Positions 58,263-64,000 of a DNA stretch of 64,000 nt are shown in pieces (positions within the stretch are counted from its first letter, which is position 1; the number at the start of each line of letters is the position of its first letter). Source of the stretch: an uncultured Bacteroidota bacterium (GTDB lineage Bacteria; Bacteroidota; Ignavibacteria; UBA10030; UBA6906). Location of the stretch: contig CAVOYH010000003.1 of NCBI GenBank assembly GCA_963700635.1, positions 1,344,001 through 1,408,000 on the forward strand, in the 5' to 3' direction. Made by a program: the position numbers and the translations under genes. The notes under the pieces were generated by a model that was not told the origin of the DNA, ran no database searches, and saw only the letters and a list, made by a program, of their open reading frames with translations.

Positions 58263-59729
58263 ATGAGTACTGCTGTGATTATCTTTGGGGCTTCCGGTGA
58301 TCTTGCGGCAAGGAAGCTGATTCCCGCCCTGTACAACAATCTGAAGAAAAAGCGCCTGCCGGATCAGACGCGAATTATTGGATTCTCGTCCTCCACTTTT
58401 ACAGACGATGAGTTCCGTCAGAAAATGAGACTGGCGATGCAGACATTCGCACCGGCAGATTTCGATGAAGCCGAATGGAGCGCATTTGCGCCGAACCTCT
58501 ACTACCAACCGGGGAAGTTTGAGAATGACAAGGATTTTGCTGCACTGGCAAGAAAGATTCAGACAACCGGCGGTCAACCGGACAACTGCCTGTTCTATCT
58601 TGCCGTCGCGCCACGGTTCTTTCCGGTAGTGCTGGCGCGAATGGGTGCATCACACATGGTTGACGAAGGGAACCGGACAGGATACAGGAGGATCATTCTT
58701 GAAAAACCGTTCGGGCGCGATCTTCCCTCGGCTCGTGCTCTGAATCAGGAGCTGCTGAAGGTCGTTTCTGAGGATCAGATCTATCGTATCGACCATTACC
58801 TCGGCAAGGAGACTGTACAAAACGTTCTCCTGCTGAGATTCGGCAACGCAATCTTCGAACCTCTCTGGAACAGAAACTATATCGATCATGTTCAGATCAC
58901 CGTCGCTGAAACCGTCGGTGTCGAGCACCGGGCCGGGTATTATGACGTCACGGGTGCCCTCCGGGACATGTTTCAAAACCACCTCCTGCAGCTTCTGACT
59001 CTGGTAGCGATGGAACCTCCAGCCAAAGTGGAAGCAAATGCCCTGCGGAATGAAAAAGTCAAAGTCCTCGAGGCAATCCGGGATATCGTGCCGGAACATG
59101 TTTCGCGGTATACCGTCCGGGGTCAGTATGAAGGATACCTCTCTGAAAAGGGGGTTGCACCGGCGTCAGAAACGGAAACGTACGCCGCACTCCAGGTGTA
59201 TGTCGATAACTGGCGCTGGCAGGGAGTTCCGTTCTACCTGCGTTCCGGAAAGTTGTTGACCGAAAAGACGTCGGAAATCGTGATTCAGTTCCGGCGACCT
59301 CCCACCCAGATCTTCGATGTTCAGGCGGGAGTCACGGAGCTCTTTACAAACCGATTGAGCATCTGCATTCAGCCGGATGAAGGAATACACCTCCGGTTCA
59401 TCGCCAAGGTTCCCGACCAGGGGATAACAACCAGACCGGTTGACATGGATTTTCACTACAGAGATTCGTTCAGTGGGGAGGTCATCCCGGAAGCGTACGA
59501 ACGTTTGCTTCTTGATGCCCTCCGCGGGGATGCGTCGTTGTTCGCCCGGAGTGATGAGATCGAACTTGCGTGGAAACTGGTCGACGGTATCCGGACCGGA
59601 TGGGAGAGTGAAACAGCTCCCCCGCTGGAGACATACCAGCCGGGGTCATGGGGACCAGAAGCAGCGGAGAAACTTCTGGGCCGCGAAAGGCGGTGGTGGA
59701 TGCACGACTGCGGAGCGCATGAACAGTAA
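58263..59729 (+). CDS. zwf: Glucose-6-phosphate 1-dehydrogenase
   Basis: GASGDLAARKLIPAL, EKPFG, RIDHYLGKE, RDMFQNH, WRWQGVPFYLRSGK, AYERLL. Confidence 0.97.
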   Translation: MSTAVIIFGASGDLAARKLIPALYNNLKKKRLPDQTRIIGFSSSTFTDDEFRQKMRLAMQTFAPADFDEAEWSAFAPNLYYQPGKFENDKDFAALARKIQTTGGQPDNCLFYLAVAPRFFPVVLARMGASHMVDEGNRTGYRRIILEKPFGRDLPSARALNQELLKVVSEDQIYRIDHYLGKETVQNVLLLRFGNAIFEPLWNRNYIDHVQITVAETVGVEHRAGYYDVTGALRDMFQNHLLQLLTLVAMEPPAKVEANALRNEKVKVLEAIRDIVPEHVSRYTVRGQYEGYLSEKGVAPASETETYAALQVYVDNWRWQGVPFYLRSGKLLTEKTSEIVIQFRRPPTQIFDVQAGVTELFTNRLSICIQPDEGIHLRFIAKVPDQGITTRPVDMDFHYRDSFSGEVIPEAYERLLLDALRGDASLFARSDEIELAWKLVDGIRTGWESETAPPLETYQPGSWGPEAAEKLLGRERRWWMHDCGAHEQ

Positions 59730-59756
59730 CCATCAGCAAGTTGATCCGGATATCGT

Positions 59757-60500
59757 ATGACACCAACGGTCGAGGTATATGAGACGATTTCTGCTCTCGA
59801 GGACGCTGCGGCTGAATACATCACGACGGATGCAACGGCTTCGATCCAGGACAGGGGTGTGTTTACTATTTCCCTTGCGGGGGGCAATACACCCCGGGGT
59901 GTCTACCGGCGCCTTGCCACGAGTCCGTACCGTGATCGTATAGACTGGAGCCGCGTCCATGTGTGCTTTGGAGATGAGCGAGTGGTCGGACCCGACGATC
60001 CACAGAGTAATTTCGGCATGGCGACGGAGGAATTACTCTCCCGGGTTCCTCTCGCGGAAACGAACGTGCACCGGATACACGGAGAATGGTCTGCAGATGC
60101 GGCGGCAAAGGCGTATGCAGAAGAAATGAAATACCTCCTGCGGGGTCAGTCTGATCGTCTCGATCTTGTCGTGCTTGGTTTGGGTGCGGACGGGCACACT
60201 GCATCGCTCTTTCCGGGTACCGATGTTCTGGATGAGGACTCTGAAATGGTGCGCGCGGTCTTCGTGCCAGAGTTGACGAGTTGGCGTGTCACGATGACGT
60301 ATCCGTTGCTGAACAGAGCCCGCGCGGTGCTGTTCCTGGTCGCGGGAATTCAGAAAGCCGCGATTGTCCAACGTGTGCTCAGCTCACGCAGGTTCGAGCC
60401 TGTTATACCCGCCTCGGGAGTGCTGCCGGCGGATGGGACAGTGCGGTGGATGCTCGACATCGGGGCTGCAGCGGCGCTCGGCGGTGCAACACTCCGATGA
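59757..60500 (+). CDS. pgl: 6-phosphogluconolactonase
   Basis: LAGGNTP, GDERVV, SNFGM, LGLGADGHTASLFPG; follows zwf. Confidence 0.95.
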   Translation: MTPTVEVYETISALEDAAAEYITTDATASIQDRGVFTISLAGGNTPRGVYRRLATSPYRDRIDWSRVHVCFGDERVVGPDDPQSNFGMATEELLSRVPLAETNVHRIHGEWSADAAAKAYAEEMKYLLRGQSDRLDLVVLGLGADGHTASLFPGTDVLDEDSEMVRAVFVPELTSWRVTMTYPLLNRARAVLFLVAGIQKAAIVQRVLSSRRFEPVIPASGVLPADGTVRWMLDIGAAAALGGATLR

Positions 60501-60513
60501 CCAACAGATGAGG

Positions 60514-60978
60514 TCAGGGCTTCCGGAATTTCTGTGCCGGATGTTTGACAATCAGCACCGAGCACGGAGCTTTGCGTATGACCTTCTCCGTGACGCTGCC
60601 AATCAGGACTTGCGCCAGCCCGGAGCGTCCATGGCTCCCCATGACGATGATGTCCGCCTTTACGTCTCTGGCGCACCTGATGATCTGAACAAACGGCTGT
60701 CCATCCCGGATGACAGCGTCGCATTTGATTCCCTTGCCTCTGGCTTCACTTCTCAGCCGTGCCAATTTCTGCTCCGCGCGTTCTTTTAGAGCCCCGTAAA
60801 TCTGTGCGGGAGTCATCGCTACGACCAGAAACTGATAGTCCTGTGGCATGCGATGCACCACATGCACGACCACAAGTTTGGCCTTCTGTTTGCTGGCATG
60901 GAGAAGAGCATGTTTCCAGGCAACAGCAGAACTGCCGGAGAAATCGGTCGGAAAGAGGATGGTCTTAATGCTTTTCAT
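60514..60978 (-). CDS. Universal stress protein (UspA family)
   Basis: ILFPTDFS, DIIVMGSHGRSG...IGSVTEKVIRKAPCSVLIV; GGAGG before ATG 60978. Confidence 0.93.
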   Translation of the reverse strand: MKSIKTILFPTDFSGSSAVAWKHALLHASKQKAKLVVVHVVHRMPQDYQFLVVAMTPAQIYGALKERAEQKLARLRSEARGKGIKCDAVIRDGQPFVQIIRCARDVKADIIVMGSHGRSGLAQVLIGSVTEKVIRKAPCSVLIVKHPAQKFRKP

Positions 60979-61019
60979 ATTCGCCTCCGGATGTGTCAAG
61001 CAGCGTTGTGAGCATGGTC

Positions 61020-61235
61020 TTATCCTCCTGCCGGGTCCCATGTTTCGGGGCCGGGACTATGCGTGTTTGAAAAGTGATCTGAACCACTCCTCCCGTCATC
61101 CTGCCTGCCATCAGTGATCCTGCGACCTGAAGTACACACCGGACAAATCCAGAGCCCCTCGCTGCTGCCCCTTCGCTGAACAAAGGCCATGCGCGACGTG
61201 CACCGTCTGCACTGAACACTTGGCGTGAATGTCAT
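61020..61235 (-). CDS. Putative small zinc-ribbon protein (71 aa)
   Basis: CRRC-x18-CPVC with W-x-C-P-x-C; GGGAG upstream; fills the gap between co-oriented genes. Confidence 0.45.
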   Translation of the reverse strand: MTFTPSVQCRRCTSRMAFVQRRGSSEGLWICPVCTSGRRITDGRQDDGRSGSDHFSNTHSPGPETWDPAGG

Positions 61236-61250
61236 TGGTCATCACTCCCT

Positions 61251-61613
61251 TCATTTCGCCGTCACCGGTCCCAAATAGATCACGATACTCATATCCTCCG
61301 GCTGAGTGCCGAAGATGTAGTGAATGCTTCTGATGCTTCTTTGCAGGAAGTCCGCGACCCTTCCGCGCAACACGTGCTCTGACTGTTTGAATAGCTGCTC
61401 GCGCAATTGTTGATACGACGAAACGGTGGAGCCATTCCGGTCGAGCAAATCCTTTTCCGCAGGTGAAAGAAGATTCCGGATGATCACCACGGCGATGTCT
61501 TCGGTGAGTTCCGTCTTCATGTCTGTGGGAGTTTCTCCAACATGTGTGACAAGGAAATTCTTCACAATAAGATTGACTCCAATTGCCAGACTTCCTGCCG
61601 AGGTTTCCGCCAT
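61251..61613 (-). CDS. DUF2294/MpsC-family protein, divergent copy
   Basis: HVGETP...EDIAVVIIRNLLSPAEKDL...LREQL aligns by eye with the neighbouring copy; GGAG before ATG 61613. Confidence 0.75.
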   Translation of the reverse strand: MAETSAGSLAIGVNLIVKNFLVTHVGETPTDMKTELTEDIAVVIIRNLLSPAEKDLLDRNGSTVSSYQQLREQLFKQSEHVLRGRVADFLQRSIRSIHYIFGTQPEDMSIVIYLGPVTAK

Positions 61614-61663
61614 AGAATCTCCATGCCTGATGACGCAAGAGAGGGAATGAGAACCGGTCGACC

Positions 61664-61714
61664 AGAATGAAGAAACCAACACTGGTCATCGCTCGTGATG
61701 ACTCGTGTTGGTTT
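61664..61714 (-). terminator. Intrinsic-terminator-like hairpin in the leader of the DUF2294 gene
   Basis: Minus strand AAACCAACAC-ga-GTCATC-acgagc-GATGAC-ca-GTGTTGGTTT then CTTCATTCT. Confidence 0.6.
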
Positions 61715-61796
61715 ACCAACCACCAAATCGCCCCTGCAGCAATTCGCAGGGAATATTTCGTGATCCGTCTACCCGGTATGTACCAGCTTCATGTCA

Positions 61797-61825
61797 AATA
61801 TACGGCAAGACGTCAGCGTTGTCAA
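61797..61825 (-). promoter_or_regulatory. Sigma70-type promoter
   Basis: Minus strand TTGACA-N17-TATATT. Confidence 0.72.
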
Positions 61826-61880
61826 GCACAATCGGCACAATCGGGTCTGCGCAAAAGAGCACGGCGGTGCAGCGAAAAAA

Positions 61881-62234
61881 TCAGGGCGCCTTCATCAGCG
61901 TGAATACGATTATACGTTCCCCCGTCCTGGCGCTGATATCGGAATGCATACTCGTTACGTCGCGGCGTGTGATGTCATTGATGAGACGTATGAGCATATC
62001 CTTTGAGTTTTCGATCAGCGTCTGCCGGACTTCCTTGAGCAGCCTGATCCCCGCGGGGTCTTTTGCCAGCTGAATCTCTGCCGGTGTCAGAACGCCCTCC
62101 AGCCGGACAATAATCATATCGTCGAGGAAGTGCGTGCTCGTGCGGGCGGGTCCACGTCCCATGTGTTCCCGCTCGAACGTGACCATTGCTTCGCTAATCT
62201 GAGCTTCAATTTGTCCGATAGATTTCTGGGGCAT
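61881..62234 (-). CDS. DUF2294/MpsC-family protein
   Basis: EAQISEA...FEREHMGRGP...DDMIIVRLEGVLTPAE..L...SMHSDISARTGERIIVFTL. Confidence 0.9.
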   Translation of the reverse strand: MPQKSIGQIEAQISEAMVTFEREHMGRGPARTSTHFLDDMIIVRLEGVLTPAEIQLAKDPAGIRLLKEVRQTLIENSKDMLIRLINDITRRDVTSMHSDISARTGERIIVFTLMKAP

Positions 62235-62355
62235 GGGAATGCGCAGGGTGATTCACAAACAGGGTACTGTAACCCTAATGTACGGAAATGTCACAGAATA
62301 TCCACTCAACACATCCGGTGAAGGGGTATCAAACGACCGCTGCTGAGGTCTTCTC

Positions 62356-62390
62356 AAAAAAAATCCCCGGCCGCCGTGTGGCGACCGGGG
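62356..62390 (-). terminator. Rho-independent terminator of cold-shock gene
   Basis: Minus strand CCCCGGTCGCC-acac-GGCGGCCGGGG-a-T8. Confidence 0.9.
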
Positions 62391-62419
62391 TTACAACGGC
62401 CTCTAACGCTGTGGACGAA

Positions 62420-62620
62420 TTACGTCCTTCTTACGCCTGTGGCCTGGAGACCCTTCGGGCCGTTGGTGACTTCAAAACCAACTTTGTCACCTTCGTTGAG
62501 GGTTTTGTAACCGTCACCGACGATCTCCTTAAAATGCACAAAGACATCTTCGCCAGTTGCGCGTGAGATAAAACCGTAGCCTTTAGCTCCGTTGAACCAT
62601 TTTACTGTTCCTTCTTCCAT
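62420..62620 (-). CDS. Cold-shock protein (CspA family)
   Basis: GTVKWFN..KGYGFI...DVFVHF (RNP1/RNP2), GPKGLQA; 66 aa; AAGGA RBS. Confidence 0.96.
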   Translation of the reverse strand: MEEGTVKWFNGAKGYGFISRATGEDVFVHFKEIVGDGYKTLNEGDKVGFEVTNGPKGLQATGVRRT

Positions 62621-62844
62621 GGAACAATTCCTTTCAAAAAATACAAATCCGCTGCCGGCGGACACGGCCATCAACATCCAGAAGTGTGCCATGAAAGCAA
62701 AAATCGCAACCAGGTTTATACTGCATCATGGTTGCGATCTCGAGCTGTCCAGCTATGGGCCTGTCTGATGTACTTGAACAAACCCCGCTTCGGTTTCCCG
62801 AAGCCAACGTAAAGCCACAACGATGTTCTAATGATGTGTATAAC

Positions 62845-62873
62845 AATATACGCTATCAGGTGGACAATAGCAA
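62845..62873 (-). promoter_or_regulatory. Sigma70-type promoter upstream of csp leader
   Basis: Minus strand TTGCTA-N17-TATATT. Confidence 0.65.
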
Positions 62874-62930
62874 GAATATTCGAGGCGAATTACCGCATTC
62901 CTGAAAATGTCAGGATATTGCATGCCCATT

Positions 62931-62974
62931 GGCCACAACTGCACCCGGCTGCCGCCCCGGATGCAGTTGTGGCC
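62931..62974. repeat. 13-bp perfect inverted repeat downstream of the oxidase-like gene
   Basis: GGCCACAACTGCA ... TGCAGTTGTGGCC; no U-tract, so possibly a 3' stabilising hairpin. Confidence 0.6.
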
Positions 62975-63029
62975 GTTGTGCACGATTATGGGCGTTTCCG
63001 CGCCTCACCAAAACCGGATCTCACCGCAA

Positions 63030-64000
63030 TCACGCAGTGGCGGGCACGGTATCCTTGGTGTCAAGTTTTGCGGGCAGGAAAATCCCGATCACACCGCGCA
63101 ACCCGACACTCATCACGATATTAAAGAAGAACGCAAGGAATGCCAGCAGGAGCAACGATCCGGCCAATGCCGCAAAGACCATGTAAGTGTTAAACTCCCC
63201 GTCCACATACAGCGTGCGTCGCAACATTCCGCCAAGTCCGGCCATGCCCATAAACGCACCCATGCCGATTCCCCCTACCAGGTGTGCCCAGAAATGTACA
63301 GTGGTCAGGCGCTGGCTGTAAAGTTTAGCGCCGTTCGTGAGTATGGGCAGCAGAAGGTAGATCGCAGCATACAGGGTCATGGACAATCCTACGAGAATCG
63401 CCACGTGCACATGCGGACCCACAACCCATTGCGTGTTATGGAGAATCCTGTTAAGTCCGATATCGGCCTGCATGATACCTGCAGGAACAGCCAGGGCAAA
63501 CCCGAGTAATCCCCCGAGGAGAAACTTCAACGGATTGCTCATCGTCAACGGTCTCGCGCTCCACAGCGTAACAAGCGTGATAAAGAAGGCCAGCCCCTGT
63601 GTGATCAATTCAAAGGCCGTGACCATTTCTCCCGAGACCACCTTGAGGAAGCCCGGTTGCGCCTGGTCGGAGAGCAAGTGGTGCGACCATACGGTCCATG
63701 ATACGACCAATTCGACGAAGAGGGCGGCGCGGGCGACGTTCTCCATGTACAACTTCTTTCCGGTGATCATCATGGCAAGAAGGTACCAGGTCCCGGCAAC
63801 GAAGATGAGGACGAGTCCATCGGCAATAAGATCCAATCCCCACCAGAACCAGTTCTTGTAGAGCAACGCATCCACCGCTGTGTGTTTCAGGTCATACCCC
63901 ATCAGAGCCGCGACCATGTAGACCAGAATCAGCACTCCCGTAAAGAGGATGATAGCTGCATTCAGCGCCACATCCACGGTTCCCCGTGCGACTGCCGCCA
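63030..64000 (-). CDS. Heme-copper oxidoreductase superfamily subunit I, non-canonical active site (gNOR-like NO reductase candidate); 5'-truncated by window edge
   Basis: WSHHL, HNTQWVVGPHVH, HFW, GMLRR present; helix VI reads WWGLDLIADGLVL where HPxVY is expected; frame is open to the window end. Confidence 0.8.
   Translation of the reverse strand, partial: AAVARGTVDVALNAAIILFTGVLILVYMVAALMGYDLKHTAVDALLYKNWFWWGLDLIADGLVLIFVAGTWYLLAMMITGKKLYMENVARAALFVELVVSWTVWSHHLLSDQAQPGFLKVVSGEMVTAFELITQGLAFFITLVTLWSARPLTMSNPLKFLLGGLLGFALAVPAGIMQADIGLNRILHNTQWVVGPHVHVAILVGLSMTLYAAIYLLLPILTNGAKLYSQRLTTVHFWAHLVGGIGMGAFMGMAGLGGMLRRTLYVDGEFNTYMVFAALAGSLLLLAFLAFFFNIVMSVGLRGVIGIFLPAKLDTKDTVPATA

Noticed and set aside
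57900-58266. Short ORFs (58000-58266, 58022-58300) upstream of zwf
   Set aside because: No motifs or clear RBS; more likely a divergent promoter region
63030-64000. Ordinary cytochrome c oxidase subunit I as the usual ACIII partner
   Set aside because: It lacks the HPxVY His/Tyr pair required for O2 reduction, and it is on the opposite strand ~9 kb away

Overview
A gene-dense, GC-rich bacterial chromosomal window with no rRNA, tRNA, CRISPR or mobile element that I can support. Three proteins end in a T9SS/Por-type C-terminal domain ([11 protein letters not shown]), while promoters are E. coli-like (TTGnnn-N17-TATATT) and Shine-Dalgarno sites are common. I infer an Ignavibacteria/Chlorobi-related member of the FCB group. 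Left to right the window holds: a PP2C phosphatase (5'-truncated), prfC, a LysM protein, a secreted tail-collar plus YWTD pair, a sodium:solute symporter plus GH38, an AmmeMemoRadiSam operon with export-like N-termini, an RND efflux pump, a copper island (HMA-AraC, copA, Cys-rich protein, cusCBA), a PAS kinase, a T9SS cupredoxin and a B12 radical SAM. Next comes a ~19.7-kb tightly coupled run: diheme cytochrome c (narC-like), narGHJI, two narK, a complete alternative complex III (actABCDEF) and a T9SS propeller protein. This run has one consensus promoter and two copies of a palindromic operator. The right end has zwf-pgl, a USP, two DUF2294/MpsC genes, a cold-shock gene and a truncated, non-canonical heme-copper oxidase subunit I (gNOR-like). 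The best candidate for an undescribed system is the Nar(NXR-like clade)-NarC-ACIII operon, whose ActB keeps an intact N-terminal CX2CX3CX27C Fe-S motif. Eight single-base frameshifts in otherwise intact genes look like sequencing or assembly indels. All family calls come from motif recognition, not database searches.
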